Positions 51,754-62,831 are shown, counted from the first letter of the stretch. The stretch: DNA of 64,000 bases from Desulfobacterales bacterium (GCA_018693105.1 JABHLN010000003.1:4782-68781); one strand, 5' to 3'. Notes: a model not told the origin generated them from the sequence alone. Program-made: numbers and translations.

Positions 51754-52074
51754 ATGAATTTTGAAGAGTTGGGTTCTAATCTGGGGTTGGAAAAAGATGA
51801 ATTTATTGAACTTGTTGAGCTTTTTGTTACTACTACGTCAGAAGATATAAACAAATTGCAGGTTGCATATGAGAACAAAGATGATAATTCAGCAGCCAGA
51901 GCAGTACATTCCATTAAAGGCTCATCAGGAAACCTGGGGTTTATAGAACTTTCGGATATCGCAAAAAAAGCTGAAGAATTAGCAGGCAATAACAAACTTA
52001 ATGAAGCTGTTGCTACCCTTGAAATAATGAAAACAAAGCTTAATGAGATATCCGAACACCTCAAGAAATCTTGA
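51754..52074 (+). CDS. Hpt (histidine phosphotransfer) domain protein
   Basis: AVHSIKGSSGNLG. Confidence 0.9.
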   Translation: MNFEELGSNLGLEKDEFIELVELFVTTTSEDINKLQVAYENKDDNSAARAVHSIKGSSGNLGFIELSDIAKKAEELAGNNKLNEAVATLEIMKTKLNEISEHLKKS

Positions 52075-52125
52075 AGATAATATAGTAGTAAAGAGTATAC
52101 ATCGATAAGGCAGGCTCATGCTCTA

Positions 52126-52350
52126 AAGAACAGGCGGGTGGATAGACTATTTCATCCCAGAGATTTCAGGCCAATTTTAAAATCCATCCACCCCCCATCC
52201 TCTTAAATCTTTCCTGCGGATTAATTCGTCACCTGTACAGGTGAGGGATCACCCGGCAATTCAACTTTTTCATTTAATTATTCGAAAACGAGGCAACTCA
52301 TTTATAGGGATCGGGCTATTTCGATCAAATAAAAGTTGAAAGAAAGATTT
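52126..52350 (-). ncRNA. Candidate structured non-coding RNA (unassigned)
   Basis: Two long stem domains with G-U pairs on the minus strand; TTGACA-17-TATGAA upstream on the minus strand; no ORF. Confidence 0.4.
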
Positions 52351-52450
52351 ATTATTTACTTTCATAAAAGAGCACAGGTTGTATGTCAAGAAAAAAATGA
52401 CACAATATATAGCGGTTTCTATAAATCAGGCATATCAGAAAAGATATATA

Positions 52451-52486
52451 CTTAGCCATCGGTTATACTTTTTACGAGTTCATCAA
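52451..52486. repeat. Repeat family A end fragment
   Basis: Identical to 16491-16526. Confidence 0.85.
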
Positions 52487-52795
52487 ATTTGAATGTGATG
52501 GAAATCAGTTAATAGCATTAAGAATCTTTACAAATTCCTGTGAATAATAAACAAGGAGTTCTGATTTTTCCATCAATAATTATTGGTAAAGATATTTAAA
52601 CCGGTTATAAAATATTTAACAGTAAAAAAAGAAAATGTCCTTGCAACACATATAAGAATAAGCTACAGCCTGTACCCAAAGGTTGGTAAAAATAAAGAGG
52701 CGCATGAGCTTAGTGCTTATGAATGTCATTAGAACCTGTCTCAAAAATGTAATTCGGTTTCAAATAGAATATATCTGACATATTATGCACATATC

Positions 52796-54706
52796 ATGAA
52801 AAAAGAATATAATGCTGAATCGATTGAGGTACTTAAAGGGCTTGAACCTGTAAAACAACGCCCTGGTATGTATACTGATACCTCAAGACCAAACCATCTT
52901 GCTCAGGAAGTTATCGACAATAGTGTTGACGAAGCTATTGCCGGTTTTGCAACCAGGATAGATGTCATTCTTCATGAAGACGAGTCTCTGGAAGTAAGTG
53001 ATAACGGACGAGGGATGCCTGTAGATATACACCCGGAAGAAGGGATTACAGGCGTTGAATTGATTCTGACCAAACTTCATGCCGGGGCAAAATTCTCCAA
53101 CAAGGACTACCAGTTTTCAGGAGGTCTCCATGGCGTTGGTGTTTCTGTAGTTAACGCCCTTTCATTGAGACTTGAAGTGCTGATAAAAAGAGATGGAGAA
53201 AAACATCAAATTGCATTTAATGACGGTTTCAAACAATATGAACTTGAGGCCACCGGTTCTGTAGGCAAAAAAAATACCGGAACTACAATACACTTCTGGC
53301 CTGATCCTAAATATTTTGAATTCCCGAAATTTTCCATACGTCGTTTAAAACATATAATGCGTGCAAAAGCTGTCCTCTGCCCCAAACTACTTGTTACCTT
53401 TCTGAATAAAAAAAATGGTGAAACAGAAGAATGGTATTATGAAGACGGACTTCAGGAATATCTTACAGACAGTCTCCAGGAATATGATCTTATTCCTGAA
53501 GAGCCTTTTGTCGGGAATTTTGAAGGGAATAAAGAAATGGCCGCCTGGGCGGTGGCATGGCTGGAGGAAAGCGGTGAAACTGTAAACGAGAGCTACGTAA
53601 ACCTCATCCCCACCCCCCAGGGGGGTACACATGTTAACGGGTTCCGGACCGGCCTGCTTGCTTCAATCCGTGAATTTTGTGAATTCCGTAATCTGATTCC
53701 CAGAGGTGTGAAACTCGTCCCGGAGGATATATGGGACAGATGCAGTTATATACTATCTGTAAAAATGCTGGACCCTCAATTTTCAGGCCAGACAAAAGAG
53801 CGTCTTTCTTCACGTAAATCAGCAGCCTTTGTTTCCGGGATTGTCAAAGACTCATTCAGCCTCTGGCTTAATCAGCATACTGAAATCGGTGAAAAGCTTG
53901 CCGACATGGCGATAAGTAATGCTCAGAACCGTTTACGTTCAAGTAAAAAGGTGCAAAGGAAAAAAGTAACCAGCGGACCCGCCCTCCCCGGCAAATTGGC
54001 GGACTGCGTCATCCAGGACCCCTTTCAGAGTGAACTTTTCCTTGTTGAAGGTGATTCCGCAGGCGGTTCGGCAAAACAGGCAAGGGACAGACAGTTTCAG
54101 GCCATAATGCCCCTGCGCGGAAAAATCATGAATACATGGGAGGTAGATTCAGTACAAATAATGGGGTCAAAGGAAATAAGTGACATTTCAACAGCTATAG
54201 GAGTAGATCCGGGTTCAGACAACCTGGACAACCTTCGATATGGTAAGATATGCGTTCTTGCAGATGCCGATTCCGACGGTCTCCATATAGCAACTCTTTT
54301 ATGCGCTCTCTTCCTGCGGCACTTCCCTGCTCTTGTAAAGGAAGGCCATATTTATATGTCAATGCCCCCACTTTATCGAATAGATATTGGCAAGGATGTC
54401 TATTACGCGCTGGACGATTCTGAAAAAGAGGGTATCCTTGACAGAATAGCAGCGGATGGTAAAAGTGGAAAAATTAATGTGCAGCGTTTTAAAGGTCTTG
54501 GAGAAATGAATCCCATTCAGCTCAGGGAAACAACAATGGCAAAGGATACACGACGCCTTGTACAACTTTCTGTTAACAGATCTGATTCCGAAGAATTAAA
54601 AGAAGGCGCTTATGAGGTTATGGATATGCTTCTTGCAAAAAAAAGAGCTGGTGACAGAAAAGTCTGGCTGGAAAAGAAGGGAGATTTAAAAGAAAATCAT
54701 GAGTAG
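52796..54706 (+). CDS. parE: DNA topoisomerase IV subunit B
   Basis: [58 protein letters not shown]; lacks the GyrB insertion. Confidence 0.95.
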   Translation: MKKEYNAESIEVLKGLEPVKQRPGMYTDTSRPNHLAQEVIDNSVDEAIAGFATRIDVILHEDESLEVSDNGRGMPVDIHPEEGITGVELILTKLHAGAKFSNKDYQFSGGLHGVGVSVVNALSLRLEVLIKRDGEKHQIAFNDGFKQYELEATGSVGKKNTGTTIHFWPDPKYFEFPKFSIRRLKHIMRAKAVLCPKLLVTFLNKKNGETEEWYYEDGLQEYLTDSLQEYDLIPEEPFVGNFEGNKEMAAWAVAWLEESGETVNESYVNLIPTPQGGTHVNGFRTGLLASIREFCEFRNLIPRGVKLVPEDIWDRCSYILSVKMLDPQFSGQTKERLSSRKSAAFVSGIVKDSFSLWLNQHTEIGEKLADMAISNAQNRLRSSKKVQRKKVTSGPALPGKLADCVIQDPFQSELFLVEGDSAGGSAKQARDRQFQAIMPLRGKIMNTWEVDSVQIMGSKEISDISTAIGVDPGSDNLDNLRYGKICVLADADSDGLHIATLLCALFLRHFPALVKEGHIYMSMPPLYRIDIGKDVYYALDDSEKEGILDRIAADGKSGKINVQRFKGLGEMNPIQLRETTMAKDTRRLVQLSVNRSDSEELKEGAYEVMDMLLAKKRAGDRKVWLEKKGDLKENHE

Positions 54707-56972
54707 CCAAACTGAATTTAATCATGAAGGTATAGAACGCATTCCTCTGCAGGATTTTACTGAAAAAGCTTACCGTGAATATTCAATGTATGTAATTCTT
54801 GATCGGGCACTTCCCCACATTGGCGACGGTCTCAAGCCGGTACAGAGGCGTATAATATATGCCATGTCTGAACTGGGACTGAAATCTACAGCCAAATATA
54901 AAAAATCAGCCAGGACGGTTGGAGACGTTTTGGGTAAGTTTCATCCTCATGGGGATTCCGCCTGCTATGAGGCGATGGTTCTCATGGCCCAGCCTTTTTC
55001 CTATCGTTATCCCCTTGTTGACGGTCAGGGGAACTGGGGGGCTCCTGATGATCCAAAGTCTTTTGCTGCAATGCGTTATACGGAATCAAGACTTTCCCCC
55101 TATTCTGAAATCCTTCTTAATGAACTTGGCCAGAATACCGTTGACTTTATTTCAAATTTTGACGGCACCCTTGATGAACCTTTGACACTGCCGTCCAGGC
55201 TGCCTAATGTGCTGCTGAACGGTTCCACAGGTATTGCCGTAGGTATGGCAACCGACATACCGCCGCACAATCTGCGAGAGGTAACCGAAGCCTGTATTCA
55301 TCTTCTCGATAATCCAAAGGCAACCACCGAGGAAATCTGTGAGATTATCCAGGGTCCGGATTTTCCCACAGAAGCTGAAATAATAACCCCGCACAACAGT
55401 ATACTCGAAATGTATAAGACCGGAAACGGTTCGTTGCGAATGAGGGCAAAATACTGCATTGAAAACGGTGAAATTGTCGTAAAGGCTCTTCCACACCAGA
55501 CTTCAGGTGCGAAAATACTGGAGCAGATTGCTGCACAGATGCAGTCTAAAAAACTTCCAATGGTATCCGACCTCAGAGATGAATCCGACCATGAAGACCC
55601 CACACGAATAGTTATAGTCCCAAGGTCAAACCGTGTAGACAAGGAAGCCATTATGGCACATTTGTTTGCAACTACCGACCTTGAGCGAACATACCGTGTC
55701 AACATGAATGTTATAGGGCTTAACGGACGTCCAAAAGTAAAAAGTCTTGCAGAGATGCTTTCCGAATGGCTCAAATACAGGAAAATTACAGTTACAAGAC
55801 GGTTAAATTTCCGGCTGGAAAAAGTTATTGACCTTATTCATAAACTGGAAGGCCTTCTCATTGCTTATCTTAACCTTGATGAGATCATTGAAATTATCCG
55901 CCATGAAGAACATCCTAAGCCGGTACTAATGAAGCGCTTCTCCTTAAGTGACTTTCAGGCGGAAGCGATACTAGAAATAAAACTCCGTCAGCTTGCAAAG
56001 CTTGAAGAAATAAAAATTCGAAAAGACCTTAAGGAGCTGACAAAAGAACGCGAAAACCTTGAAAAGGTACTCGGGTCCAAACGTCGCCTTAAAACCCTTA
56101 TCCGTAAAGAGCTTGAGGCCGATGCGGAAAAGTTCGGGGACGAACGCAACTCCCCTATTGTTGAACGTAAAATCGCACAGGCCATGAGCCAGACCGATAT
56201 AACACCTGTTGAACCGGTCACAGTAATTCTTTCAACCAACGGCTGGATACGTTCGGCAAAAGGTCATGATATTGATGAAACCAATCTGAACTTCAAGGCT
56301 GGAGATGATCTCCTTGTATCAGTTCGGGGGAGAAGCAATCAGCAGGTTGTTTTTCTTGATTCTACTGGTCGCAGTTATTCCCTCCATGCTCACGAGCTTC
56401 CATCTGCAAGAGGACATGGGGAACCTTTGACCGGTCGCCTTACACCTCCTTCAGAAACAAGTTTCAAGTCAGTTATTATCGGGGAACCAGACCAGGCGAT
56501 CCTTGTAGCAAGTGACGCAGGTTACGGGTTTGTTACCAAAATGTCAGATTTTTTCAGCAAAAACCGCAGCGGCAAAACAATGCTCAACCTTCCCGCCGGA
56601 TCAAAACCTCTTGCCCCGATACATGTAGACAAACATGAGAGCGACATGCTTGCCGCAATCACAAATGAAGGGCGTCTGCTGATATTTCCTTTAAGAAAAC
56701 TACCTACCCTTCAAAGAGGAAAAGGAAACAAGATAATAAATATCCCAAAAGCTCGTGTAAAATCCAGAGATGAGTATATTTCAATACTTGTAACATTTCC
56801 AACTGGTAGCGAATTGACAATTCATGCAGGCAAACGATTTCTTACACTGAAAGCGGGTAATCTTTCAGAATATGAAGGTGAAAGAGGGCGGCGAGGTAAA
56901 AAACTCCCCCGGGGATATCAGAAAGTAGATTACGTAGAAATAGCCGAATCAAAACAGCTTGCTCTATTATAG
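54699..56972 (+). CDS. parC: DNA topoisomerase IV subunit A
   Basis: [41 protein letters not shown]; no GyrA box seen. Confidence 0.95.
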   Translation: MSSQTEFNHEGIERIPLQDFTEKAYREYSMYVILDRALPHIGDGLKPVQRRIIYAMSELGLKSTAKYKKSARTVGDVLGKFHPHGDSACYEAMVLMAQPFSYRYPLVDGQGNWGAPDDPKSFAAMRYTESRLSPYSEILLNELGQNTVDFISNFDGTLDEPLTLPSRLPNVLLNGSTGIAVGMATDIPPHNLREVTEACIHLLDNPKATTEEICEIIQGPDFPTEAEIITPHNSILEMYKTGNGSLRMRAKYCIENGEIVVKALPHQTSGAKILEQIAAQMQSKKLPMVSDLRDESDHEDPTRIVIVPRSNRVDKEAIMAHLFATTDLERTYRVNMNVIGLNGRPKVKSLAEMLSEWLKYRKITVTRRLNFRLEKVIDLIHKLEGLLIAYLNLDEIIEIIRHEEHPKPVLMKRFSLSDFQAEAILEIKLRQLAKLEEIKIRKDLKELTKERENLEKVLGSKRRLKTLIRKELEADAEKFGDERNSPIVERKIAQAMSQTDITPVEPVTVILSTNGWIRSAKGHDIDETNLNFKAGDDLLVSVRGRSNQQVVFLDSTGRSYSLHAHELPSARGHGEPLTGRLTPPSETSFKSVIIGEPDQAILVASDAGYGFVTKMSDFFSKNRSGKTMLNLPAGSKPLAPIHVDKHESDMLAAITNEGRLLIFPLRKLPTLQRGKGNKIINIPKARVKSRDEYISILVTFPTGSELTIHAGKRFLTLKAGNLSEYEGERGRRGKKLPRGYQKVDYVEIAESKQLALL

Positions 56973-57093
56973 CGGCGTAGAATATCACTATTTAGCTTTT
57001 TATGAGTTCGAAAAGAAATGATGGCAGGGTACCAAAAGTTTTCTACTTAACCACCTATTATATTGTTTACGTGATAATCAAAACCGGGGAACA

Positions 57094-57891
57094 GTGCAAA
57101 TGGCAAAAAAGATAAAAATAGGCGCGGTGATATCAGGCGGGGGAACAAACCTTCAGGCAATAATTGATTCTTGCCGTTCAGGTGAAATTAATGGAGAGAT
57201 AGTATTTGTAGGCACCGACAACCCTGATGCAAAAGGGCTTCAAAGAGCCGAAGAAGACAGAATACCGACATTTGTTACCAATTATTCCGGCATAATAAAA
57301 AAGTATAATAATGATCCGGAAATAATTGCGGCCCCCGATGATTTTATTTATGAAGATATTCTTACAAAACAGTCATTTTCCCCGGAGGGCTACAATCCTG
57401 AAAAAATAAAAAAATTTCTTGTAACAAGGGCAGTTGCAGAAGATGATCTTTTGAAACAAATGGCCCCTTATCAATTTGATCTCATAGTTCTTGCAGGCTT
57501 TATGCGTAATCTTACCCCATATTTTATCGACAGGGTAAATACTGACCCCTTAAATCCGCGCATCATGAACATTCACCCGGCCCTTCTGCCTTCCTTTCCA
57601 GGAGTTGACGGATATGGGGATACATTTCGTTACGGATGCAAAACAGGGGGATGCACTGTTCACTTCATAGATTACGGTGAGGACTCCGGTCCGATTATCG
57701 GACAGAAATCGTTTCAGATTGAACCTGAAGATACAATAGATACAATAAAGAAAAAAGGTCTTGAGCTGGAATGGCAGCTTTACCCCGAATGTGTCAGATT
57801 ATTTGCCGAAGGCCGTCTTAAAACCGAGAAAAAAACATTCACTCTTGATAACGGAAAAACCTTTGAAAGAGTTTTTGTTACAGTGGTGTAA
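57094..57891 (+). CDS. purN: Phosphoribosylglycinamide formyltransferase (with internal insertion)
   Basis: ISGGGTNLQAI, LAGFMR, NIHPALLPSFPG, GCTVHF, DSGPII. Confidence 0.92.
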   Translation: MQMAKKIKIGAVISGGGTNLQAIIDSCRSGEINGEIVFVGTDNPDAKGLQRAEEDRIPTFVTNYSGIIKKYNNDPEIIAAPDDFIYEDILTKQSFSPEGYNPEKIKKFLVTRAVAEDDLLKQMAPYQFDLIVLAGFMRNLTPYFIDRVNTDPLNPRIMNIHPALLPSFPGVDGYGDTFRYGCKTGGCTVHFIDYGEDSGPIIGQKSFQIEPEDTIDTIKKKGLELEWQLYPECVRLFAEGRLKTEKKTFTLDNGKTFERVFVTVV

Positions 57892-58252
57892 ATTACCATT
57901 AATCAGCTTTTTACAATTCCATCAAAATAAAACCCTTTAAAAATTCCATAACTGATAATTTCAGTAAAGCCAACAGCATTGAAGGGAGTGAATGATATTT
58001 TTTAAGATAAAATTTCATGATACTTTTTTAATTATTATGAAGCTGAAATTTGTCATGGACAAGCCTTCCACTCCAGAGAATTGATGCACACAGGTTTATG
58101 TACAAAATTAAAATCTTCTTAAAAGATTGGGCCGTGTTCAGTGCACAGTCAGGTCGTTCTATTTTATCTTGGAAAATATTATTCACTTACCGGCAGTTAT
58201 TACTTTACCTTGATTCAGGAGCGCACAACTTGTGTGTCTCTAAATATTTTAC

Positions 58253-58396
58253 TATAAGCTATCTCAAAAAAAAGATCGGGGTTCCTGGCAAGGCACAAAG
58301 TGGCGAGAAAGCAGAGCATACAGGAAGTATGTGAGCATTTTGAGCCGCTTTGTAACGCCGCCAGGGGCACTTAGATTTATTTTGAGATAGCTTATA
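58253..58396. repeat. 144-bp palindromic element, family D
   Basis: TATAAGCTATCTCAAAA...TTTTGAGATAGCTTATA perfect 17-bp IRs; shared core motifs. Confidence 0.8.
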
Positions 58397-58397
58397 C

Positions 58398-59456
58398 TCA
58401 CATTGTAAGTTCAAATATATTCCCTGCCGGTTGCCCGTCTTCAATAAAATCAAGATATTCAGCCATCCCTACACCCCGCATACCATTATAATGAAACTCT
58501 ATCATGGCTTCAATTATACGAGTTTCAAGCACGTCACCTTCATCTGTAGTACGTCTATTGCGCAATGGTATCAGAGACAGAATCTTTCCTTCCATTTTAT
58601 ATTCCGTTCCATCATCAGCTTTCATACTTAGATTTACTTTACGGCAATACAAACTTTTATCATATTCGGTTTTGATCTTTGCTTCTACGATTTTCTTTAA
58701 CCGGTCACCTTCATGAATATAACCAAAATAATTAACATCAGAACTGATGTCCATTTGCTGCATTATACATGCAATGCCGAAATCCTCACCAAAACATATA
58801 GGGAACCATCTATACCAGCGCATGTTCTGCCAGTAACGCGGCCCCCATGAATGATCCCTCAATCCATAGCCGTTAAATTGGAATTTCATATTATCAACAA
58901 CAATACTTCCGGTCGCCCTCATATGCTGTTCATAATGTCCGCGAAAAAAACCATTGTATAACTCAGGGGGAACAGGCCCGCCATCGTCAGCAACCACTTC
59001 CCCTCCCACAACAGGATGAAGCCCATGAAACTCGATATCAACAAAACAATCTACCATGGGATTTTCTGAAAAAGCCTTTTTAGGGTCCTGCATATCCCCG
59101 GGATCATTAAGAAGACAAATCTTCCCTTCATAAGTCACCTGAATATGTTTCAAGGGGTCTACAACTTTAAAACTTAAACCGGCTGCCACCAGCTCCGAGT
59201 TATCCGCTATTTCAGGTCGCGCATAAATAAAGCCAACCTTCCCATCCGGCAGGTAAAGGCACACCGACACCTCTGCATGATGTTCGTTCGGACGGTTCCC
59301 TACACGAAACCATCCGCCGATGTTTTGAGTATGATCAAAAGCATTGATATACATACTCTCGTTGTAGTTAACAACTTCTTCAACAACATGCGTAAATTCA
59401 TCTTTAGAAGCAACAGTGCGCGTTGGCCCATTATTTCCTGTGAAGTCGTAGTCCAT
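58398..59456 (-). CDS. Hypothetical beta-rich protein (tocopherol cyclase/lipocalin-like)
   Basis: NESMY, HYEQ and GLRDHSWGPRYW motifs; GAGGAG RBS before ATG at 59456. Confidence 0.7.
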   Translation of the reverse strand: MDYDFTGNNGPTRTVASKDEFTHVVEEVVNYNESMYINAFDHTQNIGGWFRVGNRPNEHHAEVSVCLYLPDGKVGFIYARPEIADNSELVAAGLSFKVVDPLKHIQVTYEGKICLLNDPGDMQDPKKAFSENPMVDCFVDIEFHGLHPVVGGEVVADDGGPVPPELYNGFFRGHYEQHMRATGSIVVDNMKFQFNGYGLRDHSWGPRYWQNMRWYRWFPICFGEDFGIACIMQQMDISSDVNYFGYIHEGDRLKKIVEAKIKTEYDKSLYCRKVNLSMKADDGTEYKMEGKILSLIPLRNRRTTDEGDVLETRIIEAMIEFHYNGMRGVGMAEYLDFIEDGQPAGNIFELTM

Positions 59457-60486
59457 AGCTCTCCTCATTAGTTTTATTGATAGTTTCTATCCCAAGCCGT
59501 GCAATAGTCTTGGCATGATCATCCATTGCAAAAGCAGCCTTGTTCGAAGCAAAACCGTCCAGCCCCCTTTTGTAAACTCCAACCGTGATTACGGCCATAC
59601 GAAAAAACTGAAAACATATACGAAAATCCATATTATCAATATTTGATATTCCCCTATGCCGGCAGTACATTTCAATATATTCGCTGTCTTCGGGAATATT
59701 TTCCGATTTACGGTTAACGCCTTGAAGTGTTTTATGGCCTTTTGCATTCGGCAACCGAAGCATGACACAATGGTTGGCAATGTCTGCCAGGGGATCCCCA
59801 AGTGTGGAAAGTTCCCAATCCAGTACCCCGACAATACGAAAACTATCAAAATCAAAGAAAAGGTTATCCAGTTTATAGTCTCCATGAAGCAGACGGTTAT
59901 CACCATAATCAATAATACGGCCGGGCAGCCAGTTGATCATCTCTTCAATTTCAGGAATCGTTTCAGTCTCAGCAAATCGATACTGTTTTATCCAGCGTGA
60001 AATCTGCCGCTCATAGTAGTTGCCCGGATGGCCGTAGTCATCAAGGCCGGCGGCTTTTATATCAACGTTATGTATCTTTGCTAAAACCCTTGCTTGTTCG
60101 TTATAGATTTTCGGGCGTTCCGATAAAGCTATCTCGTCTAGTACAGGGTTTATAAGAGCCCGGCCTTTGATATAAGACATAATGTAAAACTCGGTCCCTA
60201 TAACATCTTCTGTTTTGCAATAATGAATTATTTCAGGTACCGGTACTCCCATATCATACACTGCTCCCATCACACGATACTCTCTATCCAGGGCATGAGC
60301 TGATTCAGGGATTTTTCCTCTGGGTTTTTTCCGGAGTACAAATTCACCAAGACCTGTTGTAAGCAAATAGGTGGGGTTAGACTGGCCGATATCAAATTTT
60401 TTAAGTGAAATGGGAGCTATTTCATTTCCCATAACACTTTTCAGATATTCTTCAAGATCATTTACCGGTAAACCTTCATTAATCAT
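59431..60486 (-). CDS. APH/choline-kinase-like phosphotransferase (ACAD10/11 kinase-domain type), paralog 2
   Basis: GQSNPTY, LRKKP, SAHALDREY, HGDYKLDN, LDWELSTLGDP. Confidence 0.9.
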   Translation of the reverse strand: MINEGLPVNDLEEYLKSVMGNEIAPISLKKFDIGQSNPTYLLTTGLGEFVLRKKPRGKIPESAHALDREYRVMGAVYDMGVPVPEIIHYCKTEDVIGTEFYIMSYIKGRALINPVLDEIALSERPKIYNEQARVLAKIHNVDIKAAGLDDYGHPGNYYERQISRWIKQYRFAETETIPEIEEMINWLPGRIIDYGDNRLLHGDYKLDNLFFDFDSFRIVGVLDWELSTLGDPLADIANHCVMLRLPNAKGHKTLQGVNRKSENIPEDSEYIEMYCRHRGISNIDNMDFRICFQFFRMAVITVGVYKRGLDGFASNKAAFAMDDHAKTIARLGIETINKTNEESYGLRLHRK

Positions 60487-60494
60487 GTTTTTAG

Positions 60495-61517
60495 TTACCC
60501 TGTTTTATTAATGGCTTCTATCCCAAGCCGTGCAATAGCCTTGGCATAATCACCCATTGCAAAAGCAGCTTTGTTCGAAGCAAAACCATCCAACGCTCTT
60601 TTGTAAACTCCATGCATTACAACAGCTGCACGGAAAAACTGGAAACATATACGAAAATCCATATTATCCATATTGGATATTCCGCTATGCTTGCAGTACA
60701 TTTCAATATACTCGCTGTCTTCAGGAACATTTTCCAATTTACGGTTAACTCCCTGAAGTGTTCTAAGACTTTTTGTATCCGGAAGCTGAAGCGTAATACA
60801 ATGGCTGGCAAGGTCTGCCAGGGGGTCTCCAAGTGTCGAAAGTTCCCAGTCCAGTACCCCTACAATACGAAAACTTTCAAAATCAAAGAATAGATTATCT
60901 AACTTATAATCACCATGAAGCAGCCGGTTTTCACCATAATCAATAATACGGCCGGGCAGCCAGTTTATCATATCTTCGATTTCAGGAATCGTTTCAGTCT
61001 CCGACAATCGATACTGTTTTATCCAGCGTGAAATCTGCCGTTCATAGTAGTTACCGGGATGGCCGTAACCATCAAGACCTGCGGCTTTTATATCAACGCT
61101 ATGTATTTTTGCCATAACCCTTGCATGTTCGTTATAGATTTTCGGGCGTTCCGATAAAGCTATCTCGTTTAGTACCGGATTGATCAGGGTTCGGCCTTTA
61201 ATATAAGACATAATGTAAAATTCAGTACCAATAACATCTTCTCTTTTACAATAATGAATCATTTCCGGTACCGGTACACCCATATCATACACTGCCCCCA
61301 TTACACGATATTCTCTATCCAGGGCATGTGCTGATTCCAGGATTTTTCCTCCGGGTTTTTTCCGGAGAGCAAATTCACCCAGACCGGTAGTAAGCAGGTA
61401 GGTTGGATTAGACTGGCCAACACTAAATTTTTTTAGCGAAATGGGAGCTATTTCATTTCCCATAATATCTTTCAGGTAATCTTCAAGAGCCTTGATAGGT
61501 AAGTCTTCAGCAATCAT
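60495..61517 (-). CDS. APH/choline-kinase-like phosphotransferase (ACAD10/11 kinase-domain type), paralog 1
   Basis: Same motifs; highly similar tandem paralog of 59431-60486. Confidence 0.9.
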   Translation of the reverse strand: MIAEDLPIKALEDYLKDIMGNEIAPISLKKFSVGQSNPTYLLTTGLGEFALRKKPGGKILESAHALDREYRVMGAVYDMGVPVPEMIHYCKREDVIGTEFYIMSYIKGRTLINPVLNEIALSERPKIYNEHARVMAKIHSVDIKAAGLDGYGHPGNYYERQISRWIKQYRLSETETIPEIEDMINWLPGRIIDYGENRLLHGDYKLDNLFFDFESFRIVGVLDWELSTLGDPLADLASHCITLQLPDTKSLRTLQGVNRKLENVPEDSEYIEMYCKHSGISNMDNMDFRICFQFFRAAVVMHGVYKRALDGFASNKAAFAMGDYAKAIARLGIEAINKTG

Positions 61518-61540
61518 ATTTATAGTTACCTTTTGATATA

Positions 61541-62719
61541 TTAGTACAGTTCATATTTCACAAGTCTACCATCAAGGCCCCCTGCCATGATTGGTTTTTT
61601 CCATGATGCTTTCAGACCCATCTTCTTTATATACATACGCTCACCGAAAAAAACATAGGCAGTAGAACCTTTACATTTCTGCTTAAGGAAATCACCGAAG
61701 CTTTTGTAAAATATGTCAAGATTCTGATCCCCTCCCATTCTTATGCCGTATGGAGGATTTGTTACAATTATCTGCCCTTCAATGGCGTCAATATTCTTAA
61801 AGTCTGTTTTTTTAATACTTACATTCTTTCCGAAATGAATCCCCATTATATTCGTCTTTGAAGCATTTACAGCCTTCCTTGACATGTCGCTCCCTGAAAT
61901 AATTCCTTCCGGGAGTTCTATAATCTTCCCGTCAGCTTCTTTTTTTACTTCTTTCCATACAGATTTGTCAAAATCAGGTAGAGACTCAAATCCGAATTTC
62001 TCTCTGAAAATACCCGAAGGAATTCTGCAATACCGCATCAGAGCCTCACACAAAAGGGTTCCCGACCCGCACATGGGATCGTATAGAGGAATAGACCCGT
62101 CCCATTCAGTATACCTGATAATTGCTGCCGCAACAGTTTCCTGCATAGGGCCTGATACAGTTTCCTCTCTATAACCGCGCTTGTGAAGCGGACCGCCTGA
62201 TGTATCAAAACTTATATCCGCTCTGTCTTTCCTGATATGAAGATTAAGTATAATATCAGGATTAAAGGTGTCTACATCCGGCCGTATACCTGTTTTTTCC
62301 CTGAAATAATCAACAACAGCATCTTTAAGACGGAGGGAAGCGTATTGTGAGTGAGAAATATTGCTGTCAGAAACATTGCTTGCGACAGCAAAAGTATCAT
62401 CTTTGGAAAAGAAGTCCTCCCACTTTATCTCCTTTGCCTTATTGTACAAAACATCTGTATCATGGCAGCTAAATGAAATTAAAGGTGCAAGACACCTTGA
62501 AACAAGCCTGGTAGAATAATTTATCCGGTATAGTACTGGTTTTTCAGCCTTGAAATGCAGCCCTCGAAAAGTTGGTGTAATGTCTTCTGCACCAAGCCGT
62601 TCAAGCTCTTCCGCACCGGCTTCTTTTATATCTTCTGCAACCTGGGCAAAAAACCGGGAGTCCTTAACATACTTATATTCCGGTATCTGCGGTTTACTTT
62701 TTCTTTTTCTTTTTATCAT
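61541..62719 (-). CDS. THUMP-domain RNA methyltransferase (RlmL-like)
   Basis: LHKRGYR, ETVAAAI, DPMCGSGT, TNPPYG. Confidence 0.9.
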   Translation of the reverse strand: MIKRKRKSKPQIPEYKYVKDSRFFAQVAEDIKEAGAEELERLGAEDITPTFRGLHFKAEKPVLYRINYSTRLVSRCLAPLISFSCHDTDVLYNKAKEIKWEDFFSKDDTFAVASNVSDSNISHSQYASLRLKDAVVDYFREKTGIRPDVDTFNPDIILNLHIRKDRADISFDTSGGPLHKRGYREETVSGPMQETVAAAIIRYTEWDGSIPLYDPMCGSGTLLCEALMRYCRIPSGIFREKFGFESLPDFDKSVWKEVKKEADGKIIELPEGIISGSDMSRKAVNASKTNIMGIHFGKNVSIKKTDFKNIDAIEGQIIVTNPPYGIRMGGDQNLDIFYKSFGDFLKQKCKGSTAYVFFGERMYIKKMGLKASWKKPIMAGGLDGRLVKYELY

Positions 62720-62720
62720 T

Positions 62721-62762
62721 ATATAGTTTACTTCATATAGTTTACTTCATATAGTTTACTTC
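62721..62762. repeat. 14-bp tandem repeat x3 (ATATAGTTTACTTC)
   Basis: Three perfect copies immediately upstream of the start codon at 62719. Confidence 0.9.
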
Positions 62763-62831
62763 AATATGTTGATTTGTTTACGTGCTTATCAAACATAAAT
62801 ATTCAAATACATATAGGCTTCAGGCAGTGCA

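Noticed and set aside
52205..52260. SAM-I riboswitch resemblance near sahR-ahcY
   Set aside because: Motif fragments fall on opposite strands and the P1-P4 order cannot be built; sahR is ~750 bp away beyond hpt
52771..52795. dif-like site upstream of parE
   Set aside because: Only a partial XerC-like arm; no XerD arm
58050..58453. Short ORFs 58050-58334 and 58259-58453
   Set aside because: Overlap palindromic element D; no recognisable protein
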